Source: Camelus ferus
Lineage: Eukaryota
Direction: 5' to 3'
DNA length: 64,000 bases
Assembly: GCF_009834535.1 (NCBI RefSeq)
Contig: NC_045698.1
Span: forward strand, 2,978,001-3,042,000
Made by a program: the position numbers and the translations under genes. The notes beneath the pieces are model-generated. The model did no database searches. It was not told the DNA's origin and was given only the letters and a program-made list of their open reading frames with translations. Of the stretch, positions 26,101 through 39,520 are shown in pieces (positions within the stretch are counted from its first letter, which is position 1; each line of letters starts with the position of its first letter).

Positions 26101-26229
26101 TCTTAGACTACATAATATGACAGGAAATGCACTCATTTATATGTTATTTTTAGCACTTCCTAGTTGAGCTCAAATAGTCAAACGTAATCCCAGGATTCTG
26201 GGCGTGAAGGTGATGTGTTCGAGGGTGTT

Positions 26230-29005
26230 CCACTTCAAGCCAAGATGAAGCAATAGGAACTAGACTTATCCTTCCGGTTGAAACAACCTAAACAGCCCAT
26301 CTATACGGTATAATGGTGCACAAGCCGCTGGATGCCAGGCAGTAAAGATACCTGAAACGCGGGAACTAAACCGGGCCAGCCCTGTGAGAGGGTTCTAGCT
26401 CACCGCCCTGAGAGGGTTTCTAGGCCAGAGTGCGGGGAATGATCCCTGGTGGAGCCCAGTGGGCTCCTCTTGTTAAAGAGACACAACCAAACATCCTGGA
26501 GGCTCAAGGGGGCAAGAGTTCCCCAGAACTGGGTACCAGGGAGAAAAGTGTGGCGTAGAGACTGACCTCTGGGAACTCCCGAAGGTGTTGTTTAGCAGAG
26601 CACTAATCCGAACATGTAAGCACAGAACCTCCCCGAGGCTGGGAAAGAACAACCAGGAAGGACTACCGTTAACAGTGCTGAGCACTCGCCCAGGTCCTGG
26701 AAGGGCACCTGTTTTCACCAGACCAGAAAAACCCATGGTTCAAGCACACTGAGTAGCATTCTCAGGAAGGTCTCAACTGAGTAGAGCGGAGTAACTAACC
26801 AGAGACGGAGCACTGCTCCCATCCCACCTGCCAGACTTTAGAGGCAGGACCTCAGAGGATCAAACTGCTTCCAAGTAAAATAACTGTGACCTTGGGGGAA
26901 ATATGCTAAGAATATTCATAGAAATTCAAAAGTAAGCAAGAACTGAAAAAGTAAAATGAATCAACAGACAAGGACATTTTAACATTTTTTAAGTTGTACT
27001 CTCTATGTACAAAATGCTAAGAGGAGACATATAAGGCATAAAGATCCAAACTGAACTTTGAGAGATTAAAAATCTATGTAGGACATGAAAAATTCAGTGG
27101 AAGGATTAGATACTGCAGAAGAAAATGTCTGTTGTCTTAAAGACACAGCAAAAGAAACTATATTTGAAAGACACAGGAAAGAGAACTTTAAAAAATGAAA
27201 AGAGCATCAGTGGCCAATGGGGCAACTTGAATGGGCTTAATACACATGCACTTAAATACTCTGAGAGTGAGGGAGGAGAAAGAAAAAATAATTGAATAAC
27301 AGCTATTTTTTTCAAATTTTATAAATATCACAAATCAACAGATTCAAGAAACTCAACAAATTCCAAGCATAAAAACAAACAAACAAACAAAAAAAACCAC
27401 ACCAAGTCACATCATAATCATATTACTCACAGAAGCTGATAACAGCAACAACAAAAAACCAAAAAATAAAAAATAAAAATAAACAAAGGAAAAACACATT
27501 ACATACAGAGAAACAAAGACAAAAAATGACCACAAGCTTCACATTGAAAACAATTCAACATCTTTAAATTACTGAAAGGAAAAAAAAAACCAAAACTGCC
27601 AACATAAAATATCAAGAAAAAAAAACTGTCTGAAGGAAGTTTTTCAGAAAGAAGGAAAATGACACCAGAAAAATGTGATCGAAAGAAAACAAAGTATATG
27701 CCTAGTGCTATGTATAAAGAAAGTCACCCCACAATTGTAAAGGAGTGTGTTTATCAAGCAGACCTAGCAATCTTTACATTTTATGGACCTAATAACATAG
27801 CTTCAAAATACAAGAAGCAAAAAATGATAGAACTATAAAGAGAAATAGGCAAATCAGTAATTATATTCAAAGATTTTAATACCTCACTCTCAAAAAGTAG
27901 AACGGAAATCAATAAGGATACAGATTATTTAAACAACACTATCAGCGAATTGTACCTGAGTGACATTTCTAGAACACCATATCCAATAAAAGGAGAATAC
28001 AAATTATTCTGCAATGCATAGGATGCATTTAGCAAAACAGATCACATTCTGGATCACAAAACCAATTCCTATAAATAAAAAACAATTAAATTCTTGCAAA
28101 GTATTTTCTCTTACCACAATGGATTCAATTAAAAATCAATAATGGAAAGATGTCTAGAAAGATCTAAAATCTTTGAGACCTAATAATCTACTTCTAAAGA
28201 ACCCACATATCAAAGAATAAACCACAAATTAAGGCATTAGAAAAGAAATTTGGTCAAAACAAAAATTAAGACAAAATACATCCCATGTTTGTGGGACACA
28301 GCTAAAGCAGGACACATTGTGAGGAGAGGGGCTGAACTTCTAGCAATAAATGTCTATATCGGAAAAGAAGAAAAATTTCACATCAGCGACTTCATCTTCT
28401 AGGAAATGAAGAGCAAATTTAATCCAATTATGCAACAAAAAAGTAAATAATGGAGAATAGACAGATGAAAATGAAATAAACACCGGGAAAAATAGAGAGT
28501 AATTAAAATTAAATGCTGATCTTGAAAAGATTCATATAATTGGGATAGACAGCATTTACCAATATCAGGCATGAGAGAGGTGAAATTAACATAGATTCCA
28601 CCTAGAATAATTCTCTTACCTCAAAAAAATAAAATACCTCAAAACAATTTTGATGGAAGAATAAACTGGAAAGGCTAATATCACTTGCTTCCAATATTTA
28701 TTATAAAGCTACTGTCATCAAGACTGTGCAGTATTGACCTGAAAAATGGACAGATAGATCACAAATAGGTTCACACATGTATGGAACGGGTTTTGGCAAA
28801 ACTACAAAGACAAATCACTGGAGAAGTGATCATTTTTTCAACAAATGGTGCTGGAACAAGTGGTTATCGTACAAAAAAAGAAAAAAAAAGCACACAACAA
28901 TGCTAATGAATACCTGTATCAGTGCTGCCCACCATACACAAAAAATGATGAACTTAACGAGTCATAGATCTAAATGTTGGCTTAGAATTTGAAAAAATTC
29001 TAAAA
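26230..29005 (+). mobile_element. Internally deleted old L1 (L1MD/L1M4-like): 5'UTR, ORF1 and ORF2 pieces
   Basis: 5' end acttcaagccaagatg...; ORF1-like A-rich block ~27000-27650; endonuclease-region motifs (gacctaataacatagcttcaaaata, gatcacattctggatcacaaa); acaaatggtgctggaacaa. Confidence 0.85.
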
Positions 29006-31129
29006 TGATGTCGTCTTCAATTTCATAGGTATGATTTATTGGAGAATCCTTCACAACAGTGTCTTTTCATTTCTTCTGAACGTCACCCAGTGTCCTCTAT
29101 ACACTCAGGCCTGTCATTACATCTCAACCTATGATTTTTTAAAAATGTTTAAATATTATAATTAGTCAAAGTAATTCATATGTGTTTTTTATACTTCAAA
29201 CTTTTTTTCTATATTAAAAAAGGTGATTCTGTAATGAATTAGAAAGGAGAGCATACTCTCCTTGTAAAAATGTAAGATGTGCCTTGAGGTCCAGCGTGGA
29301 ATGCGTAACACAGAATCTCATCTCCCATTGACAGTAAGTGTAATTACTTTAACTATCTGAAACCCCAGAAGCCCTGACTTAGCTATAACCTAAAACATCT
29401 GTGGTGCTTCATAACAGATATTATGATTCCCCATCCATGACACTTTCATAACGTCTACTTAACTCTACTTGCATAATGTAGTTTTAATGACCCACCTAAG
29501 ACTCTGTAAATATGCTAAATTCTATAAATTGGTCAGCCATTGTACAAAGGAACTTTTCTTTGTTTGTCTAACTTTATATCTTTTAAAGCCTCAAAAATTT
29601 CCTGCTTCTGTTGTATTTCAGGATTTTTAGTATAAATTTGTATTTGCATTATTCTTTTCATTGCTGGTAAAAGCTCTGAATGCATCGTTATCTTTCCATA
29701 GTGAAGGCTGCCTCTCAGTTATGATCTCTCTTCCTCCCAGTGACACCTTAGAACACACACGGAGGAGTCTACTCTCTTATAAGAAATAGCACATCACCTT
29801 CCTTGGAACCAGAGAATGTGTTTTTGCTGTTAAATAACACATACAAAGGCTGCCCCGCTTCGTATGCTGGTGAAGCAAAACAACTAACCAGCAAGCCAGC
29901 CACACTCAGAGGCCATAACAGGTTGAAGGTGACCACGTTCATAAAACATGGATCCATGAGAGCAGATACCAGGGAAGTGACAGCCTTTCCACTGATGTGG
30001 AGAATTTAAAAGCATCTTCAAGAAACAACGAGCTTTCCTTCTTTCTAATAAATCTCCATTCCTTAGTTGACTTAGCATAACTCCAGACGTCCAGATTTGT
30101 CAGGTATTATGGTGGGGACTCAGGGCTCAGCCACTCCTCTGGAGAGTGTTTGTCCAGGTGCCTTCCTAACTGCCAGGACCTAACAGCAAGCGTAAAGCCA
30201 TCTCCTCAAGGGGCTTTCATTCCAATGGAGAAGCTCCTGGGCTAGTCTAGTGGCTGCAAAAAGACATAAGCAGAGAGAAATACAGAGACCCAATTTCATA
30301 AGAAATGAAGTCCAGAGGAGGTGCACTGATACACACACACGTGATATAATATACAAGTGGATGGAGTTATGATCAAATACAGAAAGACTGGGGATCTCTT
30401 TGAACAGGAAGAAACAAGGACACTTTTATATAAGGAAAGATTTTAAACTAATGCTTAAAGAATGAGGGCCCACTGAGTAGGTGGGCAAACACGAAAACAG
30501 AATTTCTTACAGAAAGAACAGCTTCTGAGAAGAAAGAAGACGTGGAGAGTCTTGGTGTATTGCAACGAGCTTAGCTGCTTTCTTCACTAGCCATTCCCAG
30601 TTACTCATCCATTTCCATGGTGCACTGATCACTTTAGTGGAGGTCTGCTCAGCCCATGAGCTGGAAGAAGGTTCAAGGAAAGGTTTTTTTTTTTTTGGGT
30701 CCTTTCTCTGGGAATTACTCTCTTATTCTTAAAGATGGCCCTGGGGCACTTTTCATACTGTTCAGTTCCATCCCCTGATCTATAGTCTTTTGGGCTAGAA
30801 TTGGACACATGGCCGAGCCTGAAGCAATTAGACTCCTTTTCCTCGCAGTTTGTCTCTGGTACCTAGAGGCGTCCAGTCAGTTTCCAGTGGACAGGATGCG
30901 GGCATCACGTGGACAGAGAAGCAGAATAAGAAATGAGTAACGCTGACTTACAAGGGCAGCAGGAACAATACTGAATGGGAGTGTTTGGTGCTGGAGGGGC
31001 TCCTAGTTTTAGTGTTAGCTTTCTCCAAGACACCCACTGCAACTGCAATTCTGTCCCAGATGCCATGTGTTAAATTTTTATCTATTTTGTTAAAAACAAC
31101 TTGAAACTAGAATCTAAACTAATGTGTAT

Positions 31130-32185
31130 GGCTTCGGTAGCACTCAACTCTATTTTTTTCAAGTCAATTTTCTCTTCTAAGCTTTAGATCTATGCCAACT
31201 TACCTTTTGGAGAGTCCAACCTCCATAATTAATATTTTTATCAGTAGCTTCATTCTATGCAGGGCTAAACTCATCATTTTGCCATCCACACTGTATTCTT
31301 GTGTTCTGTCTCTCCCCGTATGTGGAATCACCATGTGGTCCAGCAGACCCAATAAACAACCTTGGAGTTTATCTCCACTCTCCCAGCCCTGGAGCCTACG
31401 TCATGTTATGGCAGCTCCCCGTCTTTTAAGGCTCCCGAGCTGTGTTGCTGGTGGGATGTGCTCGTGGGCGACCTCTCCATCAGTCTGGCCTGTTCTCCTC
31501 TCTGTTTTGACTCTTATGCTCTTCACTTTCCACCTGGATATTTTTTACTCATCTTTAATAATAAAGCTCAGGTGTCACCTTTTCCAAAAAAACTTGATTG
31601 ACATGAGCCAAATTTATGACTCTCTAGTGAGCTGCATTTAAAATGCTTTATTGCAGTGTTCACAAGTAGAGGTGTAAGAGAGTAGGCAGGCAAAGACAAT
31701 GAGGATTGGGAAGGCTTTGCCTATAGAAGGTTGAGGCGCTTGTCCCAGGAGAGACCTGGAGGCAATGGGAGGATGGCTGACCAGGGGGAAGCAGCATCAG
31801 GGGTAGATGAATGGTGAGCTTCAGTGTCTGAACTGATACTGGGAAAGTCGGAAGGACGAGGTAAAAAATGGGACAAAAAGAAGTTAAAGAGAGGAGGAAC
31901 AATACGTTAATGGGGATGAAGGAGGAAGAGAGATGGCGGGTCTGTGGTTGGTGTCAACGTTGGAGCTTTTGGAAAGTTTAAAGCAATTTGTGGTCCCGGT
32001 AGCCATGGCAATGACCATGTTGGTGAAGAGGAGATGAAAACTGAACCAGTGGGAGAAGCTGAGTAATTCTGAAGCTAGGGCTCTATCCCCATCAGTCAAA
32101 GCCTCAGGTCCAGGTGTGGTGGTGATTGGAACAACCACAGAAGCTGAGAAGCCTGGAAAGTTCTGAATCTAAGATGATGGGAGAG
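31130..32185. mobile_element. L2 remnants in both orientations
   Basis: A pyrimidine-rich L2-like block (aaactcatcattttgcc, gctcaggtgtcaccttttcca) followed by a purine-rich antisense L2-like block. Confidence 0.55.
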
Positions 32186-34971
32186 CTGCCTGTATCTTCC
32201 CCAAGGTCATCCCAAAACAGCCACTGTGTTTATACCCATTTTCAGAGCTGGAAGAAAATTTATTCATTTATTCAGTTTGAATAAAAAACTCTTCACATCA
32301 CCCAACAGGATTAACATAATCAAACACCTGATTCTTTCCCCTCCAGGACAGCGTCAGGCTTGTTGTCAGGAGCTCGTTTCCACTGCGGAGAAAGAGCTCC
32401 TTTGTAAGCTCCCCCAGGGTCACCCGAACATGCATCCCTCAGACATGTCCGGCCTCACCCATTTTTATTACTTCTTCCCATTAAAAGCTGCCAATTGTGC
32501 AGGTATTATGTAACTATTTATTTAAAAGAAGAACAGAGTTCCTTGTAAAATGAGGTTCATAAGAGAATTCTTTTTGTTGAAAACCAAGGAGCTCATCTGA
32601 ATATGACTTCCCTAAGAATAATACTAGGGGCTTTGTAAACTCTAACTTATTAGACAATTTATTCAAATGTATTGACAGAAATGAATGTCATAGATTAGAC
32701 TAGAGCATAAAACTATTAAAATGAGACAATATTAGTTCAAGGTTGCGGGAGAGGCAGTTTTTGCCATTCTCTGGGATTTGGCTTTGGATACAGAGATCCA
32801 TTTTAACCCACTGGAGGAGGGAGCAGGCCCCTGTGCTAGTTCAAGTCAGGGTGTCAGGACGGGGCTGTCACTGGCTTGAAAACTGGATCACAATTCAGAA
32901 CAACCTTGGTGGAAAGGTGGTGTGGTCCAGAGACAACAGAAGACCGTTCATACTGGACAGTCCCAAGGCAAGACTCCGGGAATAAGAAGAGGGAAGTGAC
33001 CAGATACACGTGCATACGAAGGGGCATTTCTTACCCTGAAAAGGCAGGTCTCAGGTGGTAGTTTGCAAGGCATATATCAATCCACCCACCCCAATGGGGG
33101 CTCCGTGAAGATGTCTATATGTTTCCATTACATTGACTCTAGATTTCTTTAGGCAAATAACTATGAAAAAGTCATCTGACAATTCCAAAAAGAAAAATGG
33201 GTGCGGTAACCCGGGAGTGGCGCAGGCAAGAGTTATTACCGTGCTGCCTCTGATTCAGGAAGTGCAGACAATAAAGAGCTGGCAGAAAGTACATTCAAGA
33301 CAGGCACGGTGCTTCCAGGAGGGGAATTAAAAGGGCACCTGCTAAATCTGTCAGAAGGCACTTTCAAGATGTAGCACCAAAGAATTATATCACAGAGGTC
33401 ACTCAGAGAAATACGAGTGTCACTGAGTTAAGTACATCTAGGGAAGATCAGATAATAGGAAATATCTTTTTTCCGAGCTGAAATGATAGATGGCAAAAAC
33501 GGGAAAGTGAAGCACACGGCAGATATAAAGGGAAATCAAGACGATGGGAAAGAAATAAAACAGAAGGGTAATACAATAGAAGTGAAGCTGTAGAAATCAT
33601 AAAAGAAATGCTTGGGAACAACAGTGAAACTTATTGAATCAAGTAAAATTTATTCAGAACATTCAGATGGCAAGATTCAGAAAAATAACCCATGGAGTGG
33701 CATTCTGGCTGATTGTGAGATGCTGTGAAGAATACATTTTAAAAAATTGTCATATGTTCTCCTAGAACGCCATATGAATAATTTAACAGGGATGCCAAGA
33801 TTTATGAAAAGAGTATTATCAGTGAAATGTTAATGCCAGCCCCAAGAATTTGTCTTTTAGGTGAGTGTTTGGTTCTAATCTACATAATTATTTCTATTTG
33901 CCACCCCCCTTGCTAAAAATGAAACGGAGGAAATTAAGAGGACTCTCAGAACGTGAGATGCAGCTTAAGATGTATTATCTCGACGACTTAGAATCTGTGT
34001 TACCGGCTAACTGAACCCTTCCTGCAACGTCACCTGATTGTCCAGCCTCCTGCTTAGCTGTCTGCATTTCTCGGTGGCATCACTAATAGGATTTCCATGT
34101 GTCGCCCAAGGGTCTTTTCATTGCACATCATCTCAGCGGGAACACCTTTGCCACCAGGCAAGGCATTACTAGACTTTCTTGGAAGAGGAAAATGAAAGCA
34201 ATTCAGCATCCACTGCAGGTTCCAACTGACGTGACCTTTGGTCGCACGCGAGGTGTCAGTCCCGGGATGAACACTTGCAGGACGCAGTCCTGTAGGCACT
34301 CACCAAAGCCACTGACCACTGGGGGAGGGGCACACTGGGCTTCCTCTTATTTCCTACGTTAACGACACCAGCATGGGCATAGGTGGCCCTTTATCACCTA
34401 GCCCGGAAAGCTGCTTGAAATCACCGGAGCAAAACTTTGAGTTCTCTACTGAACATCATGAAGAGAAGGAAGAATTTAGATGTTTGACTCCTCGGTCAGT
34501 GGTTTTATCTGTGCAGCCCTCGGAGGTCTGGGTCAGTACTTCTGTTATAAACCACACAAGTCCTACTCAGGAAAGAACATTAACTCCTGAAGCTAAAACA
34601 TGTAGATGAGACATTGGGCCACTTAATCTATTCCTTTGCAACCCTTTGCCCCCAGCTAATCTGTGCTTTCTCTAGTGATGCAAAGATAATTCAATTTTTA
34701 GAATGTTTGGCGAGGACTCACTGAACTTCATGCGACTCTTAAAAAATCAGTGGAGGTACTTATAAGGGAGACTGAAACAATGGGGAATGTTGCTTATAGT
34801 GTTGACTTCTGCTACTGTAACTTCAAAATGTTTTATGTAGATAAGCTTTCTATTTGTCTCTCCTCATACTGGCCAGACAAGTTTCCTAAGATAAAATCAG
34901 TTATTTCTAGCTCATTAAATAAAAGATGTCCAAAGGAGGTAGGCCATTCAGATTCCACAAAGACATGTGCT

Positions 34972-35645
34972 CTTACCACGTGACCCAGCAATTCCACCCC
35001 TGGGCACACATCCAGAGGGGACTCTAATTCGAAAAGACACCTGCACTCCAGTGTTCACAGCAGTGCTATTTATGACAGTCAAGACATGGAAGCAACATAA
35101 ATGTCCATCATCAGATGACTGGATAAAGAAGCTGTGGTGTATTTATACAACGGAATACTACTCAGTCATAAAAATAAATAAAGCAATGCCTTTTACAGCA
35201 ACATGGATGGAACTGTGGATCATCATTCTAAGTGAAGTAAGCCAGGAAGAGAAAGAAAAGTAACATATGATATCACTCATATGTGGAATCTAAAAAAAAG
35301 AAAAAAGAAAAAAGAAGACACTAATGAACTCATCTGTAAAACAGAAACAGACTTGCAGATGTAGTAAACAATCTTATGGTTGCCAGGGGAAGGGGGTGAG
35401 AGAGGATAAATTTGGGAGCTTGAGATTTGCAAATATTAACTACTATATATAAAAATACATAAAAAACAAATTTATTCTTATAGCACAGGGAACTATATTT
35501 ACTAACTTGTAATAACATTTAATGAAAGAGACTATGGAAAAGAACATATATATATGTATATGCATATATAAATGACTGGGCCATTATGCTGTACAACAGA
35601 AACTGACAAGCTGTAACTGACTACACTTCAGTGGAAAAAAAATTA
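34972..35645 (+). mobile_element. Young, 5'-truncated L1 (ORF2 C-terminus plus 3'UTR)
   Basis: ORF 34967-35263 reads DPAIPPLG...KDTCTPVFTAVLF...KTWKQHKCPS...WIKKLWCIYTTEYYS, the LINE-1 ORF2 C-terminus. Closely similar to 63190-64000. Confidence 0.95.
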
Positions 35646-37859
35646 AATTAAATTGAATTGAATTTTAAAATAAAAGTTAATAAAATTAACGGATGGTTCC
35701 TGTTTTCTCCACACTAGCCTCTACTGCCTTCTGAGTGGGTTATTTTCAGGAAATTCCTAGTGCTTTGGAAAGAAATGTCTTGTAAACATTATTTAATTTA
35801 ATTAATAATCCTTGAACTAGATACTTCTTTATCTATCACAAAACTAAAATGGACTAAAAGAATTCAATTGTATATACAAATACTAGTGAATAAGTTAAAT
35901 TAATAAACTAAATTAAATCCATAATTCATTGCAGTTTGAAAATTGTGTATTGGTAACAGGTAAAGGGTCCATTTATGTATTGTATGTCCTTGGGAGGGAA
36001 GTTCATGGCAATTTTTCAGGTACTGGTCCTACACGCTGTACCATGGAAAAGAGTCCACTGGTTTTCCCTTAAAGAGGAAAGAGAGCATTTCAGCACATAA
36101 AGGAAAATTGGAAAAAATAATGTATGTATCTTTCAAGGTCAGCAATAGTACAAAATAGTTATACTCAGTTTTTATCATACATGTAAACTGTATTGGAAAA
36201 GACAGCAGAAATCTGTTCCTAACATATAAATCACTTACTTGCAAAGTCTGGGAATGTTACCTTTTTTCCTTCTTCTTCGTTTAAATAAGCCCTTCGGAAG
36301 ACAGAAGGCTGCATCACTTACCCTGTGGCATGACTTGCTGTTTCAGCTGGAAGATCACACTTCCCATCCCCATGGGGGAATGAGAAGTAACTGGGCAAAG
36401 TGCACCGCTCCCACAGTGACAGGAAAGATGTCTTCTTTTTGCGCTCTCACTCTTTCCATCAAGTGCATGAGGTCACCCATCTGTTAGCTCAGAGCTGGCA
36501 TGTGCGGCACCCACAGCACACCCGATCTGACCCACCGCAGCCAGAAGGCAGCATCTGGTGCTCTCTCCTCCTGATCCCTTTCACCCACTATCCCAGGTCC
36601 TCTCAGCAAGGTGACAGAGTATTCCAAGTATCCCAATTCCAACAGGGTTGACGTGAACACGGGCTTGAGTGAGCTCCATGATGCTATCAATCTTGGCGAA
36701 AGACCCCCAAGGCCAGCCCCGTCTTGCCAGCCCTCCCTGCTGACCTCCACCCACAGCAGTGCACTCTCCCCATCATCACCTGGATCCCGAGCTCCTGCTG
36801 GCTCCACCGGCTTCTCCCCTTCCACTCTCAAAGCTCCCACTGGGCCAAGAATCCCTTTTACTCTCTACGTCTCTGTTTCTCCATCACATCTTGCTCTTAC
36901 TGACACTTGACGACCCTAGAAGACGTCACATCTTCTGCAGCCCTCTCAGAGGTGGATTGTTCTCTCTCACATGCTACATGGAACACTTACTACATGTCTG
37001 CACTGTGTTTAGCCCATGCCACCCTCTCAACAACCCTGTTTTACTGATGAGGCAATGAAACGCGAAGGGGAGAGAGCCTTTTTGTTTTTTGCTATGGTTC
37101 AGGGACCATTTCTCTTCCAGCCCCTTTGAAAACACCCTGCTCCGTTGAGGTGAAGTCCTCAGACGCTGCCATGCTCTGCGCTCCCGATGGGCAAGGACCA
37201 TCCTCCTGCATGCTCCAGTCACTTAGGTGTCTGCCCTCTAGTTTGTTCTCTTTACCATCACCAGATTCCCAAGGACTTGGTCAGCCACGTAGAAGATGGC
37301 GCAAACTGCCCAGGCTCTCAGCATCGGTACATCACCACTCCCAGTGGTCACTTCCTCCAGCCCAAGCAGTCACCCCCACCATGGCCACATTTCTAGAACA
37401 CACCGTTGATAACTAAACCCCATGTAGAACGTCAAATACAAACATCACTTCTGTTCAACATTTACTATTTTTCTAACCGGAGCTTTCATCCAACTGGGAC
37501 TTCCAATCTATTCCATGACTTAAAGAAATTTCTAATTGTTAATTTTAATTTTAGAAGCGGATTCCTTTCTCCTGACTTAAATAAAAATGAACAGCTGGAC
37601 AGTGTAAACACTCTTCTTCCACCTGCTCCATTCACAGCCATATACCCTGTAGACCTCACAGGTCAGCAGTCAGTTTAGTTTCTTGAATAAACTTTCAAAA
37701 TTTATCTCTGCCTATTCTAGACAATGCAAACTAATTGTCTTAAAGTCTCATTTTTATCTAAAAGATAGAATACTATACACACCAATCTTCATCTTCCTTT
37801 TTTCACTTAATAAGTCTTCAAGATATTTCTGGTAAGTATATAAGAACTTCCTTTGTCTT

Positions 37860-39520
37860 TTTTTAAAAAAATTGTCTTAATTTTTAAGTGTGCAGTTTAG
37901 TAGTGTTAATTATATTCACATTGTCCTGCAACAGGTCTCTAGAATTTTTTTATCTTGCAAAATTAGACCTTTACACCTCTTCCTGCTTACCCTAGCCCCT
38001 GGCAACCAACATTCTACTTCTGTTTCTGTAAGTTTTACTGATTAAATATCTCATGTAAGTGCAGTTATACAGCATTTTCCTTTAGTAATGAGCTTATTTC
38101 ACTTCACAATGTACTCAAGGATCATCCACGTTGTAGCATGTGATAGCATTTTCTTCTTTTTCAAGGCTGAATAGCCTTCCATTATATGTACAGACCACAT
38201 TTTCCTTGTCCATTTGTCTGTGGATGTTTGGACTGCTCATACCTGTTCACTATTGTGAGTAATACCACAGTAAACGTAGATATGCAAGTATCTCTTCAAA
38301 TTCCTGCTTTCTTTTGGATATATACCCAGATATGGGATTGCTAAAGTGTATGGTCATTCTATTTTTACATTTGTGAGAACCCTCCATATCATTTTTTGTA
38401 ATGACTATACCATTTTACATTCCTACCAACAATTTACAAGAGTTCTAAGATTTCTAACTTCTCCAAAAACATTCTTGTCAACACTTACTATTTTCTGTCT
38501 TTCTGTGTGTGTGCATGTGTGTGTGTGTGTTTATGTGTGTGTTTATGTTGGCCATCCTAATGGGTGTGAGGTGACATCTCATTGCGGCTTTGATTTGCGC
38601 TTATCTAATGGTTAGTGATGTTGAACCATCTTTTCATATGCTTGTTGGCCATTTGTGTATCTTTGGAGAAATATTTATTCAAATTATTTTCTCATTTTTA
38701 ATAAGGTTTTTTGTGGGGTTTTTATCGTTGTTGAGTTATAGAGGTTTTTTATATATTCTAGATGTTACTCGCTTTTCATATATATCATTTGCAAATGCTT
38801 CCTCCCACTCGGAGACAGCTGTTCACTCTATTGAGTGTTTATTTTGATGCACAGAAGTTTTTTGTTTTGTTTTGTTTTGTCTTAAGTTTGAAATGGTCCA
38901 TCTTTCTATTTTTGCTTGTGTTACCTGTGCTTTTGGTGTCATATCCAAAAATTTGTTGCCAAATTCAGTGTCATGACATTTCCCCCCACATTTCCTTCTG
39001 GGAGTTTTAGAGTTTTAGATCTTTTGTTTCAGTATTTAATCCATTCTGAGTTAAAATTTTGTATACCGTGTAAGACAGTGGTGCAACTTCATTTGTTTGC
39101 ATATAGTTATTCAGTCTTCCTGGTATTGTTTGTTGAAGAGATGGTTCTTTCCCACTGTGGTGATTTTTACATCCTTGTCAAAGATAGTTTAACCATATAC
39201 ACAAGGGTTTATTTCTGGGCTATCTGTTCTGTTCCACTGATTTATATTTCTGCCTCCATCCCAGTACCACACCATTTTGATTACCGTGGGTTTATAACAC
39301 GTTTTGAAATAAGGAAGTGTAAAGCCTCCAGATTTGCTCCTTTTTTCAAAATTGTTTTGGCTGTTGGGGGCCCTATGAGCTTGCATAAGAATTTTAAGAT
39401 GTCTTCTTTCTATTTCTGAAAAATAAAAAAGCCATTGGAATTGTGATAGGGATTGCATTGAATCTATAGCTCACTTTGGATAATAGTTAACATTTTAACA
39501 ATATTAATTCTTCCAGGCCA
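37860..39520 (-). mobile_element. L1 (L1MB-like) ORF2 3' half and 3'UTR, with an internal (TG)n at ~38504-38547
   Basis: Minus ORF 39189-39458 contains SKSGGFTLPYFKTCYKPTVIKMVWYW...INQWNRTDSPEINP, which is L1 ORF2. Confidence 0.95.

Noticed and set aside
29245..29264. Hairpin aaggagag-cata-ctctcctt as a terminator or ncRNA
   Set aside because: An 8-bp stem is expected by chance in 64 kb, and intrinsic terminators are not relevant in a mammalian genome.
38916..39419. 167-aa + strand ORF
   Set aside because: It is antisense to L1 ORF2 sequence and is repeat-derived.
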